Below, one piece after another: positions 49,463-59,883 of a stretch of 64,000 nucleotides of DNA. The DNA is from Candidatus Nanopelagicales bacterium (GTDB lineage Bacteria > Actinomycetota > Actinomycetes > S36-B12 > UBA5976): positions 5,089-69,088 of the forward strand of contig JAURFT010000002.1 of the NCBI GenBank assembly GCA_030834185.1, given 5' to 3'. The position numbers and the translations under genes were made by a program. The notes below the pieces were generated by a model that did no database searches, was not told the DNA's origin, and saw only the letters and a list, made by a program, of their open reading frames with translations. The stretch's first letter is position 1, and the number at the start of each line of letters is the position of its first letter.

Positions 49463-50491
49463 GTGGAAGTTTCTGGTTTAGTTTGGCTGGTAACAATAAG
49501 CATCATTGTTGGACTTATCCTTGTAGACCTTTTGACGGTTAGCAGTAAGCCGCATGATGTGATGTTCAAAGAGGCTAGTTTTTGGTCAATTTTTTATATT
49601 GCAATTGCAGTGGCTTTTGGTATCTGGGTTTTTAGTAATTATGGAACACAATTTGGCACTGAATATTTCACCGCATACTTAGTTGAGAAATCACTTTCGG
49701 TGGATAACATCTTTGTCTTTGCCATCATTTTGGCTCAATTCGCAGTGCCCTCTATCTATCATCAGCGAGTTCTTCTTATTGGCGTGTTACTTGCCTTGAT
49801 TCTGCGAGCAATATTTATTGCCATTGGAGCTGCTGCGCTGGCAGCCTTTAGCTTCACCTTTGTTTTCTTTGGCGCGTTACTGATTTGGACCGGCATAACA
49901 TTATTTCGACATTGGGATGAAGATCCAGATTTAAATGAAAACTTTATCGTACGAAATGTGACTAAGCGAATCCGTTCAGTCAGTGAATATCACGGCACCA
50001 AGTTGTTTATTAAAAAAGATGGCATGCTCTATGCGACACCAATGTTAATTGTGATGATTGCAATCGGAGCTACAGATTTGTTGTTTGCGATCGATTCAAT
50101 TCCAGCCACATTTGGCGTAACTCAAGAACCATTTTTAGTTTTTGCGGTTAATGCGTTTGCATTGTTAGGCTTAAGAGCGCTTTACTTTTTACTTAAAGGC
50201 CTGCTGGATAGATTAATTTATCTTTCGCTTGGATTGTCGATAATTCTCATGTTCATCGGAGTGAAGTTAGTGCTTACTTTCGTCCATGAGATCTATGACT
50301 GGGTACCTAAGATTCCAAGCATTACTAGCTTTGGTGTGATCTTGAGCATCTTGGCAATTGCCACAATCGCAAGTGTAATTAAGTCAAAGCAAGATCCAAC
50401 CGCCAAGAAGAAGGCTGGTCGTATTCTTTCTCGCAAAAAGCTAGAAGATACTGCGCCAAAAACTGTAATTAAAAAGCCAAAATCTGAATAA
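49463..50491 (+). CDS. TerC-family integral membrane protein (putative Mn2+ exporter)
   Basis: A polytopic protein with TerC motifs (EKSLSVDNIFVF, AIDSIPA). GTG start 6 nt after AAGGAG. Confidence 0.88.
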   Translation: MEVSGLVWLVTISIIVGLILVDLLTVSSKPHDVMFKEASFWSIFYIAIAVAFGIWVFSNYGTQFGTEYFTAYLVEKSLSVDNIFVFAIILAQFAVPSIYHQRVLLIGVLLALILRAIFIAIGAAALAAFSFTFVFFGALLIWTGITLFRHWDEDPDLNENFIVRNVTKRIRSVSEYHGTKLFIKKDGMLYATPMLIVMIAIGATDLLFAIDSIPATFGVTQEPFLVFAVNAFALLGLRALYFLLKGLLDRLIYLSLGLSIILMFIGVKLVLTFVHEIYDWVPKIPSITSFGVILSILAIATIASVIKSKQDPTAKKKAGRILSRKKLEDTAPKTVIKKPKSE

Positions 50492-50534
50492 GGGGCGCTT
50501 ACAAGCTGAAGAATTTGCATTGTTAGCAGCAGGC

Positions 50535-50568
50535 CCTACACTTAGTTGAAAGTTAAACTAAGTGTAGG
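50535..50568 (+). terminator. stem-loop after the TerC-family gene (no U-tract)
   Basis: Perfect 13-bp stem cctacacttagtt / aactaagtgtagg with an 8-nt loop, ending 12 nt before the next start codon. Confidence 0.6.
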
Positions 50569-50580
50569 TATGGTGACGTA

Positions 50581-51633
50581 GTGCAAACGGCAAAGCGAAT
50601 TAGATTCGGCTTGGACACCTTTGGTGACATGTCTAAAAATGATGCTGGGCAATTTCTACCAGCTGGGCAGGTAATTCGAGATGTGGTTGCGCAGGCAAAA
50701 TTCGCAGATGAGCTTGGTTTAGATAATTTCAATGTTGGAGAGCACCACCGCGATGATTTTGCGGTATCAGCTCCAGATACGGTGCTAGCTGGCATTGCAA
50801 CGGTAACTGAAAACATCACCTTGGGTTCAGGTGTAACGGTGCTATCAAGTGAAGATCCAGTTCGGGTCTATCAACGCTTTGCCACAATCGATGCTCTAGC
50901 TAATGGCAGAGTTGAGATAACTGCAGGACGAGGATCTTTTACCGAATCATTTCCACTTTTTGGATACAAACTTGAGGACTATCACGTTTTGTTTGAGGAA
51001 AAACTTGAGCTGTTAGTTAAATTGCTGGAAGAGCATCCAGTTAATTGGAGCGGTGCTACGCGATCGGGTTTAAAAAATCAACAGGTATACCCAAAAACAG
51101 AGCGAGGTCGCATTCCACTTCGAGTGGGAGTTGGTGGCTCGCCTGAATCGGTAGTGCGTGCTGCTCGGCTTGGCGCACCAATGGCGCTCGCCATTATTGG
51201 CGGCGACCCAGAGAGATTTGCACCATTTGCAGATCTATATAGAAGAGCGCTTACTGAATTGAACAAACCACAACTGCCAATCTCAATTCATTCACCAGGA
51301 CATATCAGCGATACCGATGAACAGGCCATTGAGGAGTTATGGCCAAATTATTTGGCAATGTTTGGACGCATTGGCCGTGAGCGTGGTTGGGGACCGACCA
51401 CAAAAGAGCAGTATTTAAATGAAGTTCGATATGGCTCGCTGTATGTTGGCACACCTGAAACAGTGGCAAAAAAGATTGCCCACGCCCTGCGATCAGTTGG
51501 CGCAGATCGGTTTGATTTTAAGTATTCAAATGGACCGGTTCCGCATAGCAAGCTGATGAAATCAATCGAACTTTATGCCACTAAAGTTGTGCCGATGGTT
51601 AACGAGTTACTTGCGGAGTCGCTAGTTTCCTAG
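50581..51633 (+). CDS. LLM-class (luciferase-like) flavin-dependent oxidoreductase
   Basis: It has the TIM-barrel LLM sequence character (FGLDTFGD ... NVGEHH). GTG start. Confidence 0.8.
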   Translation: MQTAKRIRFGLDTFGDMSKNDAGQFLPAGQVIRDVVAQAKFADELGLDNFNVGEHHRDDFAVSAPDTVLAGIATVTENITLGSGVTVLSSEDPVRVYQRFATIDALANGRVEITAGRGSFTESFPLFGYKLEDYHVLFEEKLELLVKLLEEHPVNWSGATRSGLKNQQVYPKTERGRIPLRVGVGGSPESVVRAARLGAPMALAIIGGDPERFAPFADLYRRALTELNKPQLPISIHSPGHISDTDEQAIEELWPNYLAMFGRIGRERGWGPTTKEQYLNEVRYGSLYVGTPETVAKKIAHALRSVGADRFDFKYSNGPVPHSKLMKSIELYATKVVPMVNELLAESLVS

Positions 51634-51637
51634 CGGC

Positions 51638-52711
51638 TTAACTTGTAATTGTTCGACCTCGTAGCAGTTGATTTGACCAAGGAATAACATCGCCTAACTC
51701 TTCTGCTGCCTGCATTGCCCAGCGCGGATTGCGAAGCATTGCTCGAGCCAGCATTACAGCATCTGCTTTTCCAGTTGCCACAATCTCATTTGCCTGCTTG
51801 GCATCTGTAATTAATCCAACCGCGCTGGTTGCTATCTCAGCTTCATTTTTAATTCGAGTTGCAAACTCCACTTGATAACCAGGAACTACTGGAATTTGGG
51901 CATTAGGAACAGTGCCGCCAGATGAAACATCAATTAAATCAACACCGAGCGCTTTGAGTTCTTTGGATAGCTTGATTGAATCTTCAATATCCCATCCTTC
52001 AGGAACCCAATCAGTTGCAGAGATCCTGACAAACAAAACAGTTTCATCACCAATAGCCGCTCTAACTGCTTTTGTAACTTCAAGCAGAAACCGAATTCGG
52101 TTTTCAAAAGATCCACCATATTCATCAGTGCGCTGATTGCTGATAGGTGAGTAAAATTGATGTAGCAAATAGCCATGCGCTGCGTGAATTTCAATTACAT
52201 CAAAGCCAACAGATTTTGCTCGTTTTGCAGCAGCAGCAAAATCAGCAACTAGATTCTTAATCTCTTCAACAGTTAGCTCTCGTGGTGTTGGCATGTTATT
52301 AAACCCTGCTGCAGTTGCCGATACCGTCTCCCAGCCACCTTCAGTTGCAGATGCAACCAAATGGTCATCCCATGGCCGCATACTTGATCCCTTGCGTCCA
52401 GCATGAGCTAACTGAATTGCCATTGGAACTTGCTGTGAATGAGCGAAATCGATGATCGATTCAAATGCAGCCGCCTGCTGATCGCTCCAAAGTCCAGGGC
52501 AGGCAATCGAGATTCGACCTTCTGGGGAGACTGCGCTGGCCTCCACAACAATTAAACCGGGAGCTCCTGTTGCAAGTGCGCCAATGTGGTTTCGGTGCCA
52601 GTCGCCTACAACTCCTTCAACAGCGGAGTACTGACACATTGGCGAGACCCAGACTCGGTTTGGAAATTCAAAATTTCTAAGTGTTAATGGCGTGAATAAA
52701 GGTGATGTCAT
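51638..52711 (-). CDS. NADH:flavin oxidoreductase, Old Yellow Enzyme family
   Basis: It has the HAAHGYLLHQFYSPISNQRTDEYGGSFENR motif. Confidence 0.9.
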   Translation of the reverse strand: MTSPLFTPLTLRNFEFPNRVWVSPMCQYSAVEGVVGDWHRNHIGALATGAPGLIVVEASAVSPEGRISIACPGLWSDQQAAAFESIIDFAHSQQVPMAIQLAHAGRKGSSMRPWDDHLVASATEGGWETVSATAAGFNNMPTPRELTVEEIKNLVADFAAAAKRAKSVGFDVIEIHAAHGYLLHQFYSPISNQRTDEYGGSFENRIRFLLEVTKAVRAAIGDETVLFVRISATDWVPEGWDIEDSIKLSKELKALGVDLIDVSSGGTVPNAQIPVVPGYQVEFATRIKNEAEIATSAVGLITDAKQANEIVATGKADAVMLARAMLRNPRWAMQAAEELGDVIPWSNQLLRGRTITS

Positions 52712-52833
52712 GGCTTAATTATAGATTAGACCGGTTTAAAGAGTGTGATCGCTAACATGATTACAAACTCTCCAATCCTGCTTATGATTATTGACAGGAG
52801 TAGAAATAACGCTACAAACCTAGGCAGGTTCTC

Positions 52834-55536
52834 ATGAAATCACAGTTGATATATGCGTTTGAAGATGGCAACAAGGATCAAAAAGATCTGCTTGGTGGAA
52901 AAGGTGCAAACCTTGCAGAGATGACAAGACTTGGATTACCTGTGCCACCTGGATTTATCATTACAACCGATGCCTGTAAGGAATATCTTGAATTAGGAAA
53001 AGCGCCAATTGAATTAGATATACAGGTGACTTCCGCACTGCGTCATTTAGAGGTTCAAGCAGGAAAAATTCTTGGGGACGCAAATGATCCGTTGTTAGTT
53101 AGCGTGCGATCTGGTGCTAAATTCTCCATGCCTGGCATGATGGAAACCATTTTAAATGTGGGCATGAATGATGAATCAGTTTTAGGACTTGCCAAGATCT
53201 CAATGAATGAGCGTTTTGCTTGGGATGCGTACCGGCGATTAATCCAGATGTTTGGAAAAACTGTGATGGGCATAAATGGAGAACTTTTTGCAATAGAACT
53301 AGAAAAGGCAAAGCAACAACAAAATATTGATGTTGACTTTGATTTAAACGTTGCGTCATTGGAAAAACTAGTTGAAACATTTAAAAATATCATCAAAACC
53401 CAGACCGGTAGCACTTTTCCGCAAGACCCACGAACTCAGTTAGATATGGCAATTAACTCGGTATTTGATTCTTGGAATACCGAGCGTGCAAAACTGTATA
53501 GACGACGAGAAAGAATTCCTAACGATCTTGGCACTGCAGTAAATGTTGGAATGATGGTGTTTGGCAACATGGGCGACTCATCAGGTACGGGAGTTTGCTT
53601 CACCAGAGATCCCGCGACTGGATCTCCTGGCGTTTATGGAGATTATCTTCAAATCGCGCAAGGGGAGGATGTTGTTTCAGGTATTCGAAATCCACTTTCC
53701 TTAAATGATTTAAAGCAGATAATGCCTGAAGTTTATGCTGAACTTGTTGCCATTATGCGAAAGCTTGAAATTCATTATCGGGATTTGTGCGATATTGAAT
53801 TTACGGTTGAAAATGGCAAGTTGTGGATTTTGCAAACAAGGATTGGAAAGCGAACTGCTGCGGCTGCATTTCGCATCGCCATGCAGTTGGTTGATGAACA
53901 CCTAATCACGTTAGATGAAGCGTTGATGCGAGTGTCGGGATCTCAATTAGTTCAACTGATGTTTCCGCAGTTTGATAAATTAAGTTCGAAATCCGCTATT
54001 GCAACAGGCATTGCAGCTTCCCCTGGCGCTGCAGTTGGACGCGCTGTTTTCAATTCAGAAGTTGCCCAAGAGTGGGCAAGTCGTGGCGAACAAGTAATTT
54101 TAATCAGGCATGAAACCAATCCTGATGATCTTGGTGGGTTGATCGCAGCAGCAGGAATCTTGACAAGCAAAGGCGGTAAAACTTCACATGCAGCTGTAGT
54201 TGCGCGTGGAATGGGAAAAACTGCAGTTTGTGGGGTTGAAGCTATTCATGTTGATTATCAATTGAATTTAGCAATGTGTGGTTCAATCAAGATAGCCGAA
54301 GGCGATCTCATTTCAATTGATGGTTCAAGTGGTGAAGTTTATCTAGGTGCAATTGCTGTGGAACCATCAGTTATTGTTAAATTCTTTGAATCAGGCCCGG
54401 GATCTGATCCTATCGAGATTGATGCAGAAGATGCGGAGTTAATTAGCGCAGTTGATCGGATCCTTCAACATGCCGATAGTCGTCGGCGATTAAAAGTTCG
54501 AGCCAATGCGGACACTACCGATGATGCAAAAATGGCACGCAAGCTTGGCGCTGAGGGAATTGGATTATGTCGAACTGAACATATGTTCCTTGGCGAACGC
54601 CGTATCGTTATTGAGCGACTAGTTCTTGCAGAGACCAAAGAAGAACGCGAACTCGCATTAGAGGCATTAGTTCCGCTGCAGCGTGAAGATTTCAAACAAT
54701 TATTTGAAACCATGGATGGCTTAACTGTTACAGTCCGACTCTTAGACCCTCCACTGCATGAATTTCTTCCTGATATATCCCAACTTAAAGTTGAAGTTGC
54801 ATTAAACCAAGAACGCGGGCAAGTAGATTCTGCAAAGAAAGAATTATTGTTAGCCGTTGAGCAACTCCATGAAGTAAATCCAATGCTGGGATTGCGCGGG
54901 GTCAGGCTTGGCTTAGTAATTCCTGGACTGTATGGCCTACAGGTAAAAGCCATTGCGGAAGCGATGGCTGATCTAATTTCAATTGGTAAATCACCAATCG
55001 TTGAGATTATGGTGCCATTAGTGGCTTCCTATATGGAGTTGCAAATAATTAAAAATGAAGCAAGGTTGATCATTCAAGAGGTAGAGCAACTTCGAAGCGT
55101 CAGCCTTTCAATAAATATAGGCACAATGATTGAGCTTCCAAGAGCTGCGCTAACTGCTGGCCGGATTGCAACTGTGGCGGACTTTTTTTCTTTTGGTACA
55201 AATGACCTAACCCAAACCACCTGGGGCTTTTCGCGCGATGATGTAGAAGCCGAATTTTTCTCCTTATATTTGGAGAAGGGAATTTTAACCATTTCACCAT
55301 TTGAAACAATCGATATTGATGGCGTAGGAGAGCTTATAAGAATTGCAGTTGATCGGGGACGCAAAGCAAATCCCACTTTGCATCTTGGGGTCTGCGGCGA
55401 ACATGGTGGCGACCCAGAGTCAATTCACTTTTTTCATGCTACAGGCATTCACTATGTTTCTTGTTCGCCATTTAGAGTGCCCGTTGCACGCTTAGAAGCC
55501 GGTCGTGCTGCGCTAGCTTCAGCTATGTATCTCTGA
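52834..55536 (+). CDS. ppdK: pyruvate, phosphate dikinase
   Basis: It has an ATP-grasp N-terminus, the phospho-His motif GGKTSHAAVVARGMG, and a PEP-utilising TIM barrel (GLCRTEHMF, FSFGTNDLTQ). Confidence 0.95.
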   Translation: MKSQLIYAFEDGNKDQKDLLGGKGANLAEMTRLGLPVPPGFIITTDACKEYLELGKAPIELDIQVTSALRHLEVQAGKILGDANDPLLVSVRSGAKFSMPGMMETILNVGMNDESVLGLAKISMNERFAWDAYRRLIQMFGKTVMGINGELFAIELEKAKQQQNIDVDFDLNVASLEKLVETFKNIIKTQTGSTFPQDPRTQLDMAINSVFDSWNTERAKLYRRRERIPNDLGTAVNVGMMVFGNMGDSSGTGVCFTRDPATGSPGVYGDYLQIAQGEDVVSGIRNPLSLNDLKQIMPEVYAELVAIMRKLEIHYRDLCDIEFTVENGKLWILQTRIGKRTAAAAFRIAMQLVDEHLITLDEALMRVSGSQLVQLMFPQFDKLSSKSAIATGIAASPGAAVGRAVFNSEVAQEWASRGEQVILIRHETNPDDLGGLIAAAGILTSKGGKTSHAAVVARGMGKTAVCGVEAIHVDYQLNLAMCGSIKIAEGDLISIDGSSGEVYLGAIAVEPSVIVKFFESGPGSDPIEIDAEDAELISAVDRILQHADSRRRLKVRANADTTDDAKMARKLGAEGIGLCRTEHMFLGERRIVIERLVLAETKEERELALEALVPLQREDFKQLFETMDGLTVTVRLLDPPLHEFLPDISQLKVEVALNQERGQVDSAKKELLLAVEQLHEVNPMLGLRGVRLGLVIPGLYGLQVKAIAEAMADLISIGKSPIVEIMVPLVASYMELQIIKNEARLIIQEVEQLRSVSLSINIGTMIELPRAALTAGRIATVADFFSFGTNDLTQTTWGFSRDDVEAEFFSLYLEKGILTISPFETIDIDGVGELIRIAVDRGRKANPTLHLGVCGEHGGDPESIHFFHATGIHYVSCSPFRVPVARLEAGRAALASAMYL

Positions 55537-55595
55537 AAAATGAACTACTTGGGCTAAACATCTAGAATGAGTGATCACTCGAGATCGGGGGAATC

Positions 55596-56741
55596 ATGCT
55601 CAAAGAACCTAGCAGCAATCCCTTGAGCGAGCTTCATAAAAAAACTAGTTCCAAATGGCGACGATATCCAACCGATGTGCTTCCAATGCATGTAGCTGAG
55701 ATGGATTTTGATGTTGCACCCCAGATTAGAGCTGAAATTATTGATCGCGCAAGTCACAGCGATTTGGGCTACTTAGGGCCAATCCCTGAATTGGGTGAAG
55801 CCATGAAAGTGTTTGCAGCAAGTCGCTGGGAATGGCAACTAGATCCAAATTTGGTTTCACCAGTTGTTGATGTTGGAGTTGCTGCCGTAGAGATTTTTAG
55901 AGTCCTAGCAAAGCCTGGCGATAGCGTTTTAATTAATTCACCGGTATACACCAATTTTTTTACTTGGATAGATGAAGCCAAGCTAAATATGCTAGATGTC
56001 CCACTTATTAAATCTAATGACAACTGGACTTTAGATCTTGCTGGAATTGAATCAGCATTTAAAGCAGGAGTAAAGCTGTATTTAATCTGTAATCCACAAA
56101 ATCCAGTTGGTCGAGTGCATTCAAAATTGGAGTTAGCAGCCATCTCAAATTTAGCTGAGCGCTATGGCGTGATTGTTATCAGCGATGAGATTCATGCGCC
56201 GCTAACTTATTTAGATCAAACCTTCACTCCATACTTAAGCATTCCTAATTCGGAAACTGCTTATGTCATTACTTCTGCAAGTAAATCATGGAATATCGCA
56301 GGCCTAAAAGCGGCTGTGATTGTTTCGGGATCAAAAGCAGCAGCTACAAAAATCTCAACTATGCCACCAGCTGTTCATTGGCGCACTTCAATCATGGGCG
56401 CATTTGCCATGGTCACAGCTCTGACTGGCGCAGTTGATTGGCTTGATGAAACTTTGCTTGAGCTTGATAAGAATCGAAAACTGCTAAAAACCTTGCTAGC
56501 TGAGCTGCTACCAGAAGTTGAATATCAAATTCCTGAATCCAGTTACCTCGCTTGGTTAAATCTTGCGGCTTTTGGTGAAAACAATTCTTGGCATGATCAG
56601 CTAATTTCCCAAGGAAAAGTTGCAATTGTGGCAGGACAGGATTTTGGTAAGCAATACAAAAACTATGTTCGACTAAATTTTGCTACTTACCCTGAAGTGT
56701 TGATCGAAGGAGTAAATCGAATGAAACTAGGTTTGGGCTAA
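55596..56741 (+). CDS. PatB/MalY-type PLP-dependent C-S lyase / aminotransferase (core copy)
   Basis: It has the PLP-lysine motif SASKSWNIAGLK. It is a paralog of 35774..36919 and lies convergent with metZ. Confidence 0.85.
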   Translation: MLKEPSSNPLSELHKKTSSKWRRYPTDVLPMHVAEMDFDVAPQIRAEIIDRASHSDLGYLGPIPELGEAMKVFAASRWEWQLDPNLVSPVVDVGVAAVEIFRVLAKPGDSVLINSPVYTNFFTWIDEAKLNMLDVPLIKSNDNWTLDLAGIESAFKAGVKLYLICNPQNPVGRVHSKLELAAISNLAERYGVIVISDEIHAPLTYLDQTFTPYLSIPNSETAYVITSASKSWNIAGLKAAVIVSGSKAAATKISTMPPAVHWRTSIMGAFAMVTALTGAVDWLDETLLELDKNRKLLKTLLAELLPEVEYQIPESSYLAWLNLAAFGENNSWHDQLISQGKVAIVAGQDFGKQYKNYVRLNFATYPEVLIEGVNRMKLGLG

Positions 56742-57970
56742 ATTTTTGCTAATGCTTGTTCGAGATCTTGAATCAGATCAGCTGGGTGCTCAAGGCCAAC
56801 TGAAAGTCGAACAAGGCTGTTGGAAATTCCCATTTTGGCTCTAATCTCTTCGCCAACTCTTCGATGCGTGCTAGATGCTGGATGAGTAATTAGAGATTTA
56901 CTGTCTCCCAAGTTATTGGATATATCAATTACTTGTAACGAATTTAAGAACTTGAAAACAGCTGGTTCAGCTACAGCCAACTCAATACCAATAGTGGTTC
57001 CACCACCTGACATCTGTGCGAGAGCAACCTGATGACCTGGGTGATTGGTTAAGAATGGATATCGAAGCTGCTTAATTAACTTATGTTCAGCTAGGAATTT
57101 AGCAATAGTGAATGCACTGTCATTCATTCGGTTTACGCGCATTGAAAGTGTCTCTAGAGATTTAAGCACGGTCCAAGCGGTGAACGGGCTCATTGCTGGA
57201 CCGGTATGTCTTACGAATTGTTCTAAGTATTCAGAGACATATTCTTTACTGCCTAAAATTGCACCACCAAGAGTTCTGCCTTGGCCATCGAGATGTTTTG
57301 TGGTTGAGTAAACAACTACATCAGCTCCAAGTTCAAGAGGTTTTTGTAGAACTGGCGATGCCATGATGTTGTCGACAATTAAAATAGCCCCAGCATTATG
57401 GGCAAGCGTGCTAACCATTTTCAGATCAATAATTTCCAACATTGGATTGCTTGGAGTCTCAACAAACACAACCTTGGTTGGCTTGCTTAAGGCAGCTTCC
57501 CAGTCAGCTAGTTCATTGCCATGGACAAATTCAACTTCAACGCCCCATCTGGGTAAAATTTCAGATAACACAACATAGCAAGATGAAAACATCGCAAACG
57601 ATGCAACAACTCTGTCGCCTTTAGCTACTACTGATGCAACCGAGGCAAACATGGCGGCCATTCCACTTGCTGTTGCAACTGCAGCTTCTGCACCTTCAAG
57701 CGCAGCTAATCTGTTTTCAAACATAGCCACGGTTGGGTTATTAAAACGACTGTATACAAAATGATCAGTATCTCCGCTAAATGAAGCTGCAGCCTCATCA
57801 GCTGAGTTGTATGTAAATCCACTGGTTAAATACATTGCTTCACCAGTTTCATTAAACCCACTGCGAGCTAGGCCGGCTCGAACAGCCAACGTGTCAGGAT
57901 GAAGCTCCCAGTCAACTTTTGCCTCACCTGCAGGGCCGTGATAGCCCCATGGTCGGTGCTGTTTAGTCAT
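56738..57970 (-). CDS. metZ: O-succinylhomoserine sulfhydrylase (Cys/Met-metabolism PLP family)
   Basis: It has the motif YSTTKHLDGQGRTLGG, which matches the MetZ-type signature around the PLP lysine. Confidence 0.82.
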   Translation of the reverse strand: MTKQHRPWGYHGPAGEAKVDWELHPDTLAVRAGLARSGFNETGEAMYLTSGFTYNSADEAAASFSGDTDHFVYSRFNNPTVAMFENRLAALEGAEAAVATASGMAAMFASVASVVAKGDRVVASFAMFSSCYVVLSEILPRWGVEVEFVHGNELADWEAALSKPTKVVFVETPSNPMLEIIDLKMVSTLAHNAGAILIVDNIMASPVLQKPLELGADVVVYSTTKHLDGQGRTLGGAILGSKEYVSEYLEQFVRHTGPAMSPFTAWTVLKSLETLSMRVNRMNDSAFTIAKFLAEHKLIKQLRYPFLTNHPGHQVALAQMSGGGTTIGIELAVAEPAVFKFLNSLQVIDISNNLGDSKSLITHPASSTHRRVGEEIRAKMGISNSLVRLSVGLEHPADLIQDLEQALAKI

Positions 57971-58052
57971 GCCTGAATCTTAACCATGTCGTAACCCACA
58001 AGGTTGCTGGCAACGGTTCGACCTGAATTCGCTGAAGTGATACAAATAGGGC

Positions 58053-59708
58053 ATGGCAAACAACTTTAGGTCGGCGATCTTTGAGCTTAGTGATGACTAC
58101 GTAACAAAATCAGCGCAATTAAGCCCCATTGCAGCAACAAGTTTAGGTATACCTGCAGGAAATCATGAGCTAGATGATTTCTCCCTAGCTGGCACCCAGC
58201 GTTCAGCTGACCTGACCCAGCGCACCCTTGGTGCGCTGAGCATGCTGGATCCAATTGATGAAATCGATAGCATCGCAAAAGCAGTTTTGCAGGAGCGAAT
58301 GAAGTCTTCGCTAGCGCTGCATGATTCCAGAGAGCGACATATTTTGTGGAATGTGATCGCATCTCCAGTTTCACGTATTCGACAAGTATTTGAGTTGATG
58401 CCAAAACAAACAGCTTCAGATATTGAAGCTATAACAGCAAGAATGCATGCCATAGCTGGAGCTCATGACTCATGGTGTTCCACTATCGAAGAATTAGCTC
58501 ATGATGGCAAGCGCACCGCAAAGCGACAAGTTGTAGCAATTGCTGAGCAGTTAAATACGTTTAGTAAAGGTGCATATTCAAATATTGCAACCAAAATAGA
58601 TCCTGCTGGGAAAAATACCGAGCTTGCTGCTGCGGCGAAAGCAGCTGAAGCTTCTTGTGCCAAAACAAGTGAATGGCTAAAAGATACTTATCTACTACTT
58701 GCTAATACTGCCGATGCAGTTGGTGAAGAGCGATATGCGCTCTGGTCGAGGTTTTTTACCGGTGCAAATTTAAATCTTAAAGCTACTTATGAATGGGGAT
58801 TGGAAGATTTAGCTCGAATTCATGATCGAATGTGGAAAGTGGCAGCAAAGATTAAGCCAAATGCAACTTCGCTTCGTGAAGTTGCCGATCACCTTGAGCA
58901 AGATGAGCGTTACCTAATTCACGGTGAAGAGAATTTATTGAAGAAGCTTTCAGGTTTCATCGATGAATCGGTTCGAAGTTTAGATGGTGTTTATTTTGAT
59001 ATTGATAACCGCATTAAAAACTGTGAGGCCAGGCTCGCGCCACAGGGTGCAGCTGCTGCGCCTTATTACATGGGGCCAAGTGAAGACTTATCTCGGCCTG
59101 GCACAACTTGGTATCCAACTCTTGGCAAGACAACATTTGGTTGGTGGCACATTGCATCTACCTGGTATCACGAAGCTGTACCAGGACATCACCTGCAGGT
59201 GGCAACTGTTGCTGTTGAGAAAGAACGACTAAGTAGATTCCAGCGCAGCAGCACCTTTATTAGCGGGCATGGTGAAGGCTGGGCGCTGTATGCCGAGCGC
59301 TTCATGGATGAGCTAGGCGCGTTTGATGATCCTGGACTCGAGATGGGTTATTTATCAGCGCAAGCGCTACGTGCAACGCGAGTAGTAATAGATATCGGAA
59401 TGCACCTGGGCTACACAAATGCAGCTGGAGAGCTTTGGGATGCGCAAACAGGTTTTCGAGCGCTAGTTGATCAAGCGCTAATTAATGAAGACTTCGCACG
59501 CAGTGAAATAGATAGATATTTAGGCTGGCCGGGACAAGCAATTGCTTATAAAGTTGGCGAGCGAGTTTGGATGCGATCAAGAGAAGATGCTAAACAACGG
59601 TTGGGTGGAAAATTCGACCTTAAGAATTTCCATAACTACTTTTTGAAGTTAGGCCCAATGGGACTGGACGCACTTGAAGCCACAATTGCTACCTGGCAAG
59701 GTAATTAA
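58053..59708 (+). CDS. DUF885-family protein (putative metallopeptidase-like)
   Basis: It has the HEAVPGHHLQ motif and a length typical of DUF885. Confidence 0.75.
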   Translation: MANNFRSAIFELSDDYVTKSAQLSPIAATSLGIPAGNHELDDFSLAGTQRSADLTQRTLGALSMLDPIDEIDSIAKAVLQERMKSSLALHDSRERHILWNVIASPVSRIRQVFELMPKQTASDIEAITARMHAIAGAHDSWCSTIEELAHDGKRTAKRQVVAIAEQLNTFSKGAYSNIATKIDPAGKNTELAAAAKAAEASCAKTSEWLKDTYLLLANTADAVGEERYALWSRFFTGANLNLKATYEWGLEDLARIHDRMWKVAAKIKPNATSLREVADHLEQDERYLIHGEENLLKKLSGFIDESVRSLDGVYFDIDNRIKNCEARLAPQGAAAAPYYMGPSEDLSRPGTTWYPTLGKTTFGWWHIASTWYHEAVPGHHLQVATVAVEKERLSRFQRSSTFISGHGEGWALYAERFMDELGAFDDPGLEMGYLSAQALRATRVVIDIGMHLGYTNAAGELWDAQTGFRALVDQALINEDFARSEIDRYLGWPGQAIAYKVGERVWMRSREDAKQRLGGKFDLKNFHNYFLKLGPMGLDALEATIATWQGN

Positions 59709-59883
59709 AAAAAGCATTTAATTTAATACGTGATCTTTTGGAAGTTGAAGCTATTGCTCTTTCTGGAATAGTGTCGATTAGTGCTGAGCTCAACTGCTCA
59801 TAAGATGCATGCAATACCCCTTAGAGCCCAGCCTTGGGGGAATTCGAATACGATACAACCAGTGCACAACTGTTTAGGATGAG

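Noticed and set aside
52791-52818. A ppdK promoter: TTGACA (52791..52796), a 16-nt spacer, then TACAAA.
   Set aside because: It is plausible, but it would leave a leader of about 9 nt with no SD, and nothing else supports it. That is too weak to list as a feature.
57971-58052. A SAM riboswitch (for example SAM-IV) upstream of metZ.
   Set aside because: The spacer is only 82 nt. It lacks the conserved SAM-IV core elements and has no multi-helix structure that I could fold.
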